Positions 20,937-32,401 of a stretch of DNA of 64,000 nucleotides are shown here, in pieces. The notes beneath the pieces are model-generated. The model worked only from the letters and a program-made list of their open reading frames with translations, was not told the DNA's origin and did no database searches. The stretch lies in assembly GCA_002269645.1 (NCBI GenBank), contig NIVC01000291.1:124001-188000 (forward strand). Direction: 5' to 3'. The DNA is from Macrostomum lignano (Eukaryota). The position numbers and the translations under genes are program-made. Each line of letters begins with the position of its first letter. Within the stretch, counting starts at the first letter, position 1.

Positions 20937-22010
20937 ATGCTGCCGCCATCGCCGAGCATCTTCCCAGTGGACGAGGCCGCCGAGACCAGCAGCAACTCGG
21001 ACTGCGAGAAGTGCAACAGCAGGTTCGACCAGAAGCTGCTCACGCTCCGCCAGCAGAGCAGCGGCGGCGGCGGGGAGCCGCAGCAGAGCTCCCAGCAGCG
21101 CGGCCTGCTGACCCGCCAGGACGCCGCGCCCTTCATTGACGACTTCGAAAACTTTGGTGGCGGTGGTGGCGGCGTCGGCCTTCGGGCCCGACTGAAGCGC
21201 TGGATGTCGGGGAAGCGCAGCCAAAAGCGACGCCACCAGTGGCGCGGCGGCGGCGACAGCCCAGGAGGCGGCGGCAACGGCAAGAGCTACGAGTTCCTGC
21301 AGGAAGTGGCGGCCGCGCTGGAGGGCGCTCAGCACCAGCAGCTGCCTCATCCCGAACGGCGTCAGAAGAGCAGCAGGCAAAAGCCGCTGGGCTCGGCGCC
21401 CGCCGGCTTCGGGCTCCCGACGGTGCGAACGCGCAGCCTGCGCCGCGCCCTCTTTGCCTGCGTGGCGGTGGGCATCGCCGTCTTCCTGCTGCTTGGCACC
21501 TGCCTGATCGCCGCCGGCCACGCCTGGAGCCACCGACCGGCCATCACGGCGGGCGCCATCTTGGTGATCAGCGGTGGCGGCCTCCTGCTGTACTCCTGCT
21601 GCGCCTCCTCGCAGTACCAGACCGAGCACGCGCCGCCCTCGGTCACCACCGCCGCGGCCCGCTGGGAGAAGCCGGCCTGCCTGCCCGATTTGGAGGGCTT
21701 TCAGCAGCCGCCGCTGTCGCCGCCGCCGCCGCCTCCCCCACCCGCGACGCATTACCAGCAGCCGCCGTCCTCCGCGCCGCCGGTGCCGGGCCGGCCGCCT
21801 TTCCTGCCAGCGGCCGGGGCGAGCAGCCGGCAGGGCAGCCTCTACAGCCTGGCCACCAACGCCGGCGCTGGGGGCAGCGAGATGCGGCTGTGCCGGGGCA
21901 ACTCCATCACGGACATGCTGCACGAGACGGTACCAGCCTGCCTGCACCGCCAGCACCACCACCTGCAGCGGCACCGGTCACTGGCGACCGCCATCCCGCT
22001 GCCGCTGTGA
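20937..22010 (+). CDS. Intronless orphan membrane protein, 357 aa, two adjacent TM helices with low-complexity flanks
   Basis: ATG-initiated GC-rich ORF. Hydrophobic ALFACVAVGIAVFLLLGTCLIAAG and AITAGAILVISGGGLLLYSCC form a hairpin preceded by a basic stretch. Pro-rich tail. AATAAA at 22034-22039. Confidence 0.75.
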   Translation: MLPPSPSIFPVDEAAETSSNSDCEKCNSRFDQKLLTLRQQSSGGGGEPQQSSQQRGLLTRQDAAPFIDDFENFGGGGGGVGLRARLKRWMSGKRSQKRRHQWRGGGDSPGGGGNGKSYEFLQEVAAALEGAQHQQLPHPERRQKSSRQKPLGSAPAGFGLPTVRTRSLRRALFACVAVGIAVFLLLGTCLIAAGHAWSHRPAITAGAILVISGGGLLLYSCCASSQYQTEHAPPSVTTAAARWEKPACLPDLEGFQQPPLSPPPPPPPPATHYQQPPSSAPPVPGRPPFLPAAGASSRQGSLYSLATNAGAGGSEMRLCRGNSITDMLHETVPACLHRQHHHLQRHRSLATAIPLPL

Positions 22011-22576
22011 GCCTCCGATATCGAGAAGCTGACAATAAAATTACAAATTGCTTTGCGGACAGTCTATCGCTGTGAGAGATTGTGCTCATCACAGAGAATT
22101 CATTCTTTTGCACAACTTTTTTGCGTCAAATGCGTCCTGGGACAAAATAAAGTTGCGAGCCAGCGCTAAGTCAGGAACAGGTCGAGTGGTTCGTTTTCTC
22201 ACAGAGTTCCGCCAGCATTGATCTGTGCGAGCTCTGATTGACGGCTCGGGTAAAGCAAAACGTCTGAAGGCCGGCGCGAGGGGCGAATCGATCCAGTTTG
22301 TTACCTGGCTGTAATTACAGTCCAGTCCATTTAGGTCGCGGCGCCCGCACAGTCCCGCTCATCAGCGCGCTTCCTCTTCGCAGACGAAGAACAAAGAAAG
22401 TGCGCGGAGAGGTCGACATCAATCAGATTCTATAATTAGCCCTGCCCTCCGCTTCAGCCGGCACCGTCCGCTAATCTGTTATGGAAACAGAATGCGAGCT
22501 GAGCTCAGCTGCAACATTCAAAGCTGAGCCTTGTGACTCGCGCTTTGGGCTTAGAAAACTCCTATGACTTAAATAG

Positions 22577-22985
22577 CTAAGCACCTAAGCATCTAAGCAC
22601 CTAAGCACCTAAGTACCTAAGCACCTAAGTACCTAAGCACCTAAGTACCTAAGTACCTAAGCATCTAAGCACCTAAGCACCTAAGTACCTAAGTACCTAA
22701 GTACCTAAGTACCTAAATACCTAAGCATCTAAGCACGTAACCTAAGTACCTAAGTACCTAAGTACCTAAGTACCTAAGTAACTAAGTACCTAAGTACCTA
22801 AGCACCTGAGCACCTAAGCACCTAAGCACCGAAGCACCTAAGTACCTAAGCATCTAAGCATCTAAGCACCTGAGCACCTAAGCACCTAAGCACCGAAGCA
22901 TCTAAGCACCTAAGTACCTAAGAACCTAAGTACCTATACCTAAGCACCTAAGCACCTAAGCACCTAAATTTAAGTACATAAGTAA
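22577..22985. repeat. 8-bp minisatellite
   Basis: CTAAGCAC / CTAAGTAC units. Confidence 0.95.
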
Positions 22986-23362
22986 CTATGTAAAAGACGT
23001 TGTCGCGCGTACTCGCAAAACACAACCAGCTCGCACATGTAGCTTAGATAAACTCCGTGTCAACCAGTACTTGTTTGACGTCACGGCAGAAGTTTTGTTT
23101 GATGTCACCAGGGTGGGATTCTGGCGGGGGGGGGAGGGCAGAGTGCCCCGTTGCCGTCTACAAAGATAAAAAATGACAACGATCCGCGCTCAGAGGCTGT
23201 GCAGAGGCGGCTCTGGCTGTCCGGGACTTTCAAGCAGATTCAGCCGCAGCCGATCCTCTTAGCTCGGCCTGTGTGGCTGCAAAATATCAATTAGGCGAGC
23301 ACCGGAAATTACTCGGGCCGAGCAGGCCCGGCAGGCCGGCGGAGAAAGTTTGCTTGGGTAAG

Positions 23363-23838
23363 CTCAGATGTGCTCAGATATGCTCAAATATGCTCAGATA
23401 TGCTCAGATATGCTCAGATGTGCTCAGATATGCTCAGATATGCTCAGATGTGCTCAGATGTGCTCAGATATGCTCAGATATGCTCAGATATGCTCAGGTG
23501 TGCTCATATGCTCAGATATGCTCAGATATGCTCAGATATGCTCAGATATGCTCAGATATGCTCAGATGTGCTCAGATATGCTCAGATGTGCTCAGATGTG
23601 CTCAGATATGCTCAGATATGCTCAAATATGCTCAGGTGTGCTCATATGCTCAGATATGCTCAGATATGCTCAGATGTGCTCAGATATGCTCAGATATGCT
23701 CAAATATGCTCAGATGTGCTCATATGCTCAGATATGCTCAGATATGCTCAGATATGCTCAGATGTGCTCAGATGTGCTCAGATATGCTCAGATATGTTCA
23801 AATATGCTCAGGTGTGCTCATATGCTCAGATATGCTCA
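23363..23838. repeat. 10-bp minisatellite
   Basis: TGCTCAGATA / TGCTCAGATG units. Confidence 0.95.
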
Positions 23839-24524
23839 GCCAAGGCTTAGTCGGGCCAAAAAGGCTGCTCAGAGCGCCCTCATCCAAACATGGCACCGAA
23901 ACATGGGAAGACAGTAGAAAGAAGAAGCAGAAGAAGAATTGGTAAGCAAATTTCAGCAAAATAATTTTCGCCAAGGAGCGGCTGCGGAGAACGCCAGAAA
24001 ATCTGTTTTTCAGTCGATCGCACCTGGCCCGTTACCGCACCTAGGTTGGACTTGCACTTTGAAAGCTCGAGCATACAGCAGACGGCAAGTGCAGTTTGGC
24101 AGCCTTCTTCTGCCGTACTCAGCTCCCACAGAAGCAGAAATTGGATTTGGCAGCGGGCCGTCCCGACCTGAAACTGAGCTGTAGGGGCGAGTTCGCGAAT
24201 TCCTAATTCAATCCGGGCCCCGGGGTGCGAGATGGAAGGGAGATGAGCAGCTCTGAGCACTGGGCGACAGGCACCGATAGGCCCAGAGGGCAGGGCGCTG
24301 AGTCAATTGCCGCCTTCGTGCAAGCTGTCCGCCGAATTAAACAACTCCAAAGGGGAATCCAGGGTCGGCATGGATTCCTACAAGTCTGTAGCGGTGATAT
24401 GCCGGATATTGCCGACACTTTACTTTTGTAGATGCCCTGTGGTCACTACGGATTGCTGCATAATGTAAAATTTTTTAGATTAGATGTAACTATTAGTGCC
24501 TCGGAGATGCATGATGAAGTCTGC

Positions 24525-24890
24525 TGCCCCTGGTGCTAAAGCCCCTGTTGCTAAAGCTCCTGATGCTAAAGCTCCTGATGCTAAAGCCCTGTTGCTAATG
24601 CCCCTGGTGCTAAAGCTCCGATTCTAAAGCCCCCGGTGCTAAAGCCCTTGTTGCTAATGCCCCTGGTGCTAAAACCCCTTGTGCTAAAGAACCGGGTGCT
24701 AAAGCTCCTGGTGCTAAATCTCCTGGTGCTAAAGCTGCTGGTGCTAAAGCCCCTGTTGCTAAAGAACCTGGTGCTAAAGCTCCTGGTGCTAAATCTCCTG
24801 GTGCTAAAGCCCCTGTTGCTAAAGAACCTGGTGCTAAAGAATCTTGTTTGCTCAAGTGCTAAAGTGCTAAAGGTGCTAAAGGTGCTAAAG
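24525..24890. repeat. 15-bp degenerate minisatellite
   Basis: GCTCCTGGTGCTAAA-type units. Confidence 0.9.
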
Positions 24891-25687
24891 TATGGTTGAG
24901 TTGGAATTCTGCAGCTTGTGAATCTCTACTAGCCTTTCGCCTTAAAAGGTAAAGAGAAAAGTCCAAAGGATGACCTCAAAGGTTTTGGTAACAGTTTCGA
25001 GTAGCAGTCAAAACAGCTGCTGCCATCAGGTCAGGCTTGCGGACCGAAATGCCAGCCGTATTGGTCTGTTAGCAAGCTTTCACTCGCGGGTACGTTCACG
25101 GGTGACTTGAGAGCTGTACGCTTAATGACAATGAATGCTATAATTGTAGATTGAAGTACATTTTACGAGCTACCATGTCTCTCTTCTTTGAGCTTTGCAC
25201 CCTGATAAAGCATTTCGTGCAACATATTGCGTTGATAAAATTGTAAAACAGCATTTTTAATACGTTTTTGGCCTCAACGCTGCCAGGAGCAAATGGTGCG
25301 GTTATGAAGCAACAGTCTACGAGTACAGAGCGACATAAAATTCTACCGGTGCAGACTGTCCGCCCGCCTCACACTGAATTTCTAATTCGTCTTTGTGTAT
25401 GATTCTTCATTTAGCCTGTCAGTCTTCCAAGCCCCAAACCTGAAGACCAGCCTACGACCGCAGGCGTACAGAAAGGTCTGTACTGGAGCGAGGAGCTTTC
25501 ACTGACTGTACACCAGCGCAGAAAACTGAGTGTGCACAGCAAACCATGGACTGGAATCTACCCCCCCCCCCCCGACCCCTACATTATCTAAAAGTCTAGA
25601 AAGTCGTGACCTCGAACAAAAGCAAATAGAAAAGCTCTCTGAAAGAAAGGCAGCACAGGAGAGCACAAATCAAGGTGAAAGACGGCA

Positions 25688-27308
25688 ATGATGCAGCGAC
25701 TGTCTGATCTGCTCAGCCAGCAGCAGCCAGGAACTCTGGCAACACTTGCGGCCACGACAGCCGCTGCAGCCGGCACCCTGTGGCTTGTCAGGGCCTGGTC
25801 GACCTCAGGCAGCCGTCAGAAACCTCCTCTCCCCCCTGGACCTCGCGGATGGCCGCTCCTGGGCTCCCTGCCCAACATGGATCCGAAAAGGTCGCACGAG
25901 TCTGTGCTGGAGCTCTGCAAGACGTTCGGCCCGATCATCTCCTACAGGCTCGGCTCCCAGCTCTTCATCGTCATCAACGACTACGACTTGGCCAAGGAGC
26001 TTCTGGACGATGAAAATTTCACTGGGCGCTCGCGGTCGGTGGTGATCCAACGGCAGACTGGCGGCTGCGGCCTACTGTTCAGCGAGGGCTTGCTCTGGAA
26101 GCAGCACCGGCGACTGGCGCTGAAGACCCTGCGGGACTTCGGCTTCGCTAAAGACCGATCTGTGGAGATGGTCAACATCCAGCTGGACGACATCCTGACT
26201 GACCTGCGCGACGCCAGCGAGTCAGCGCGTCCGTTGAACATCCTGGACACATTCACCGAGGCCACCAACGCCGTCATCGCCACGCTGACTCTGGGCAGGC
26301 AGTTCAGGCGCGGCGACCCGGAGCTCGAATTCGTGCGAACAGCTGCTCGCCGCCTGTTCGCGGGCAGGCCGCTGCAGAACCTGCCGTTTCTGTTCCCCTG
26401 GACCGACTACATCGTGCGGCTGTTCCCGACCTCGAACGAGCAGAACCTCGTCAACATGGAGATTCTCGAGTTCATCCAGCGCCAGGTGCAGGAGCGCCTG
26501 AAACTCATGGGTGCCGACATAGAAGGCTTTGAGCCCGAGTGCCTCTGCGATGTGTACATCAAAGAGAGGCAGAAGGCCGAGGCAGCTGGAGACTTTGAAA
26601 GCTTCAAGGACATGCAGGTTTGTGCTTTCAGTCCATTTGAACTATTCAGTCTCTCGTATCTCTCAAAAAATCCAACATCCTGCAGGTTCTCCGCGTGGTG
26701 ATGGAGCTGTTCATGGCCGGCACGGACACCACGGCCCGCAGCCTGGAGTGGCTGCTGCTCTACATGGCGTTCGAGCAGGACTGGCAGTCCCGGGTGCAAG
26801 CCGAACTTGACAGAGTCATTGACGGCGAGCGCAGGCCGTCCATGAGGACAGGGACCAGCTGCCGCTCACCTGCGCCGTCATCGAGGAGACTTACCGCATC
26901 GTGTCGCTGACTCCGTTTGCGCTGTTCCACCGCGCGACGCAGGAGGACACAGTCTTTCACGGCTACAGCTTCCCGACGAATGCACTGATCTTCCCGTTCA
27001 CCTACGGCATGTCGCGAGATCCCAAGGTGTGGGCTCGACCGAATGAGTTTCACCCGGAGCACTTCCTGCGGCCGGACGGCAGCTTCGCAGGTTCCGGCAA
27101 GAACATCCCGTTCTCCATGGGCCGTCGAGTGTGCGTTGGCGAGTCGCTGGGTCGCATGGAGGTCTTCCTCATCTTCTCAGCCGTGATGAAGCTGTTCAAA
27201 GTTTGCATGGCGGATGAGTTTCTGAGCAAGCGGGAGGACATCCTGCGCGGCAATCTGGGCATTCTGAGAATTCCCGGCGACTACCGGCTGCTGTTTGAGG
27301 CCCGCTAG
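25688..27308 (+). CDS. Cytochrome P450 (CYP2 clan), 2 exons, with a 1-nt frameshift in exon 2
   Basis: Exons 25688-26617 and 26686-27308, with a 68-nt GT-AG intron. Motifs: PPGPRGWPLLGSLP, W..HRR, AGTDTT, EETYR, PEHF and heme FSMGRRVCVG. Exon 2 is 623 nt, one G short at about 26846 relative to the paralogue. Confidence 0.92.
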
Positions 27309-28529
27309 GTCTGGCGACGTTCCTCGCTGGGCGAGCCGACGTGACGAATGCTGGCTCTGCCAGTCTCGAATTTGTTGACTGAACTCAGATTTTCAATAAG
27401 TATTATTGCGCAACTCAATGACTCCACCAGTGCAGGTATGTGTGTACCTGGGTTAGGTTGGATCTATTAAACTTTTGCGAGCTTCATTGTGTTTAATTTG
27501 GCCATTTTGCACGAGCTGCGGATAAATTAGCCAAGCTAGCTAAACCAGTAGTACACCTAAAAGCGCATTGTGTAACTCCAAAACTATTGACAAAATATAC
27601 TAGTAAGCATGCATTGTTAAAAATACAAGAGATAAATCAGATAATCTTTTTTCTGACAACATCTCCGTTTTACAAGAAATATTACTGCGGCGAGGGGGGC
27701 AGTGCTCAGCGGCATGCCAGCGAGGGCCAACGCCCAAGGCCCAGAGTGTCATGGATAAATGAATAAACAGGAGATATTTTATACTTAGCCTCCACTTTTC
27801 CCCGTGTGTGCATATGCGTGCTCAGGGGTCAGCGGAATACACATGTCTGCTTGTCTTCTCTGTCGGCTGTCACTTTGCTCCCCCCTTTGAGAACTACATG
27901 CATGTGTACTTATTATTTACTGCCACGCGAGAAATGTCTAGAAAGATAGCAGAGTGAAACGTAGCACAAAGGCAGGGGGGCCTTGTTAGCAGAAGCCTCC
28001 CCGAGCAGGCAGGGAAGCTGGGCTCATGGGCAATCGATCGCTGCTGCATCGCCACTAATCAGGACCGGGGCATCTGATACTTCGCGTAATTGCGGCTTGT
28101 CTCCGGTCTGTGAGCAGCTCCGCTCAACAGCCCGCCCACTGGAGCAGCTGCCTGGTGCTCGGAGGGTAAAAGCGACTTTGTCGCAGCTGAGGGCGGCGGA
28201 GGCGCTTTTTTACCTCCCTCCCTCTGCATTTCGAGGAGCCGACTTCGGCTCTCGGAAGCAGCTAATTGGGGCCGCGGCAGTCGGGGCTGCTGCAGCGAAG
28301 CGCCCGAGAGTCAGAGATTTAATTGACAGCGAGTACTTTTGAACCGCTCCAGACAGCGGCTGCAACATTGCGGATTTTTCTGGGTTTTTTTCTGGGCCAC
28401 TTGCATATTGCTAGTTTAGCCAGAGTTGGCAGGTCAGCATGCAGATGAACCAGCTGATTGCGCCACTCCGGAAGCTAAATAGGACAGCTTATTAATTTCA
28501 GTTCTGTTCACAAAGCTGAGGTACATTGC

Positions 28530-29075
28530 TGTGCCCCAGCTGCACCCACCTCCCCATTGTTTCTTCCCCAGTTATGCGCGGCTCAGCCTGATTGGCTGCC
28601 CCTCTCTGGCTGCTCCCCAGCTGCACTCACCTCCTCCTTCTTTCTGCCACAGTTATGCGCGGCTCAGCCTGATTGGCTGCCCCTCTCTGGCTGCTCCCCA
28701 GCTGCACCCACCTCCTCCTTCTTTCTGCCCCAGTTATGCGCGGCTCAGCCTGATTGGCTGCCCCTCTCTGGCTGCTCCCCAGCTGCACCCACCTCCTCCT
28801 TCTTTCTGCCACAATTATGCGCGGCTCAGCCTGATTGGCTGCCCCTCTCTGGCTGCTCCACAGCTGCACCCACCTCCCCATTGTTTCTTCCCCAGTTATG
28901 CGCGGCTCAGCCTGATTGGCTGCTTCTCTCTGGCTGCTCCCCAGCTGCACCCACCTCCTCATTCTTTCTGCCCCAGTTATGCGCGGCTCAGCCTGATTGG
29001 CTGCCCCTCTCTGGCTGCTCCCCAGCTGCACTCACCTCCCCATTGTTTCTTCCCCAGTTATGCACGGCCCAGCCT
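28530..29075. repeat. 81-bp tandem repeat
   Basis: Unit CCCCAGCTGCACCCACCTCCTCCTTCTTTCTGCCCCAGTTATGCGCGGCTCAGCCTGATTGGCTGCCCCTCTCTGGCTGCT, about 7 copies. Confidence 0.93.
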
Positions 29076-30082
29076 AATTAGCTGCTCCTCTCTGCTCTAC
29101 CCCCTTCTCTATCCCTGTGCATTGTCGTGTTTTTCTATCATAGAGAATCATTGCTACAACAACATAATAATAAATGAAGGGCATCAGACCATTCTATACC
29201 CGTAGATAGAGCACCACACGAGGTTGAATAAATAAGTTATTCTTGGCCATTTAGCAGTTATTAAGTCTCCAGCTGAGTTGGGGAAGTGCAGGTAGACTCG
29301 TAGCGATGGGAAATCTAATTGCAAATCGGTCCCTGCGAAGTTCCGAAGCTGTTCGAGTCGACCTCTATTTTATTAATCCTAAGCCAGATCCCCAAGCCCG
29401 GGATTTGTCCTAAGCCAGATCAGACTAACCTAACCTAAGTCAGACTGGAGCCTGAGCTCTCTCGGCAGATTTTAGGATTTGTCAACCGATGCCGGGCATG
29501 CAGAGAGGGAGGCGGTGACGGTGAAATTAGCAGCCTCCGATGAGGCATCCTATCAATGCTAGTGCCGTCTGCAGCGCTCTGACAACATGGCTGGATATAG
29601 AAATTTTTTTTATAACTCAACTCAACAGATGCAAATGAGACATCTGAGCAGAATGATTGCAAGCACGGGGGAATCTGCTTCAGCCTGGCAAATCTGAGCA
29701 GGACCCAAAAAATATGAATTTGTTTTTAGCCCCACAGCAGGTCTCCTGCGGGCACAGAAGGCAGTGATTAAAAATGAAGAAGACAGCTCGGTGTTAATTA
29801 TGATTTCCAGTGGGACCGAGCCGCTGATGCTGCGGATCAAGCAGAGATTCCATGATTATCATGCAAGACTTTGAACGCCAGCCGGTAATTACAGGATTCC
29901 GGCTTTGAGCACTCCCTGTTGCAAGCGACACCTGCAAATGGCACCTTCGCGCTGCAGGCCGTTGCTATTTTAGCTAACTTAGCGCTGTATATTGAATATT
30001 TTTATTCTTTACAGAAAATATTTTTAGCCGAGGCAAGCAACACTTCAGGCTTGAACTCCTACTTTAAAATGAGAGGGCCTCG

Positions 30083-30810
30083 TATCTGTGCAATGCTAGC
30101 CGTCCCCAATGTACAGAGATGGACCTTCTATCTGTGCAGTGCTAGCCGTCCCCAATGTACAGAGATGGGCCTCCTATCTGTGCAGTGCTAGCCGTCCCCA
30201 ATGTACAGAGATGGACCTCTATCTGTGCAGTGCTAGCCGTCCCCAATGTACAGAGATGGACCTTCTATCTGTGCAGTGCTAGCCGTCCCCAATGTACAGA
30301 GATGGACCTTCTATCTGTGCAGTGCTAGCCGTCCCCAATGTACAGAGATGGACCTTCTATCTGTGCAGTGCTAGCCGTCCCCAATGTACAGAGATGGACC
30401 TTCTATCTGTGCAGTGCTAGCCGTCCCCAATGTACAAGAAATGGACCTTCTATCTGTGCAGTGCTAGCCGTCCCCAATGTACAGAGATGGACCTTCTATC
30501 TGTGCAGTGCTAGCCGTCCCCAATGTACAGAGATGGACCTTCTGTCTGTGCAGTGCTAGCCGTCCCCAATGTACAGAGATGGACCTTCTATCTGTGCAGT
30601 GCTAGCCGTCCCCAATGTACAGAGATGGACCTTCTATCTGTGCAGTGCTAGCCGTCCCCAATGTACAGAGATGGACCTTCTATCTGTGCAGTGCTAGCCG
30701 TCCCCAATGTACAGAGATGGACCCTTCTGTGCAGTGCTAGCCGTCCCCAATGTACAGAGATGGACCTCCTATCTCTGCAATGCCAACCGTCCCCAATGTA
30801 CAGAGATGGG
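30083..30810. repeat. 46-bp tandem repeat
   Basis: Unit CTATCTGTGCAGTGCTAGCCGTCCCCAATGTACAGAGATGGACCTT, about 16 copies, no spacers. Confidence 0.95.
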
Positions 30811-31491
30811 TCCATTTGAAGAAGGAATAGTATGGACTTGGAGATTTTTGGTAGTTGGTTGCCACAGGTAAGCTTTTCCTTGTATTCCTAAAAGCAATAT
30901 GCATAGGTTATCAGAGCATAGAATAAAATTATGAAGGCCTCACGATTTTGCTTGTAGAAATTGTTGGTAAGTGTATGGACAACGATGAGCTGAGCATGGA
31001 GTTCTAATAAAAATAGCATCTGGACTGGAGCTAGACAAATTATTTTTGACGAATTCGCCACAGGGGGGGGGCGAAAAGCTCTACGCTCGTATTCGTAAAA
31101 GCGTGCATTTGTTGGGTCGGCTACAAATATTTATGATACCTGGAAAGCATTAGAAAATGTCATGCTGACAATCTAGTTGTCACAGTCGTCACAGCCACGC
31201 CCTACAGTAGTACCTGCTTTGGAAACAACCTTGCACAGAGAATTGTGCAGCGGAAAGATTGATAAGACTATGATCGTCAAAAAGTGCTTGTTTTTAAAGG
31301 CTTTGGGATTCCTCTCCAGATGCTAATTTTAGAACTCCATGCTACATTGGTACCTGAGGCGAGACAAATGCGATGGCTACGCCACAACCTCTTTATCTAA
31401 TTGGCTTTTATCTAACTTGAACAGTCAAAAGAGCGGACATGAACACAGCTCTTGATGCCCTTCGCGAGTCCTGCACTGGCTTCATTGTGAA

Positions 31492-31513
31492 CACCAACAA
31501 CAACAACAACAGC

Positions 31514-31550
<37 letters not shown>

Positions 31551-31552
31551 GC

Positions 31553-31591
<39 letters not shown>

Positions 31592-31594
31592 AGC

Positions 31595-31633
<39 letters not shown>
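31492..31633. repeat. (AAC)n microsatellite directly at the 3' end of the RTE fragment
   Basis: About 46 AAC triplets with AGC/AAT interruptions. Confidence 0.95.
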
Positions 31634-31634
<1 letters not shown>

Positions 31635-31635
31635 C

Positions 31636-31990
31636 GTCAGTCAGTCAGCAGACAATGTCACAGGGCGCGTTTTAAGGCCTGGGCGCGAACGTAGACCGCA
31701 CGCCAGCAGTGTCCGGGACGCCGGCATCAGATAGCAGGGCAGTCGATGAAACGCCGAGTGCGCGCCTGTCCCCGCCGGTAGGGTGCCTGCAGCGTCAGCA
31801 GCAGCAGCACCTCCTGCACCGGCTGCGAGCAGTGTGACTCGGCTCGGATGAAATGGGCTGCCAGCTGGAGTCGCCGACGGTGCAGCAGTTCGATGGGACG
31901 GGACAGGCCGTTGCGGCGATTGAGTGCCGCATTGGTGACTCGCTGTAGCCGATTTTGAAGGCGGCGCGCAGCACGCTGGTGAACACCGGA
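31636..31990 (-). mobile_element. 5'-truncated RTE-type LINE 3' end
   Basis: Minus frame LQRVTNAALNRRNGLSRPIELLHRRRLQLAAHFIRAESHCSQPVQEVLLLLTLQAPYRRGQARTRRFIDC, then after frameshifts LLSDAGVPD and VRAQALKRAL*. RRRL.LAGH..R is the typical RTE ORF2 C-terminus. It is followed by (CTGA)3 and (GTT)n. Confidence 0.7.
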
Positions 31991-32401
31991 TTTCTTTTAT
32001 TAACGAAGCAATAACCAAAACTGGATAATTTCGATGACATCTCGAATAACAATCAAAATTATCGAACTATTTTATTTCGTTCAATAGTACTTTATAAAAA
32101 ATAAGTTGATTTATTACAAAAAGGTTTGCATAGTGATTACCTGAGATAAATGATTAATCATGCGAGAAAAGCAGGCTGAGCAGGAGCGGCAATGGAGGTT
32201 CAGCACTTTTATCATAATTTCCCATGTATTGTGTGTTCTTATGGGTTCATAAGCTACTCATACCAGTAGCACCTGTTCCAGTTTGCTTCAGTTTGGTGAA
32301 TCTGGAACACGCTTTGTGTCGCTTTGCTGACTATGCGCTCGCACAAGTAGCTGAACCAATAGAAATATTAATTTACTTCACTTTGCGATCTAACGGCCCG
32401 C

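Noticed and set aside
20868-22075. Overlapping 368-aa antisense and 278-aa alternative-frame ORFs
   Set aside because: Shadow ORFs of the GC-rich 357-aa TM-protein gene.
30083-30810. CRISPR-like arrays (46-, 37-, 43- and 34-bp units here and elsewhere)
   Set aside because: Units are head-to-tail with no unique spacers, there are no cas genes, and the context is eukaryotic.
31439-31675. MNTALDALRES + poly-Asn ORF resembling a bHLH helix 1
   Set aside because: No basic region, loop or helix 2. The poly-N is the (AAC)n tract at the RTE end.
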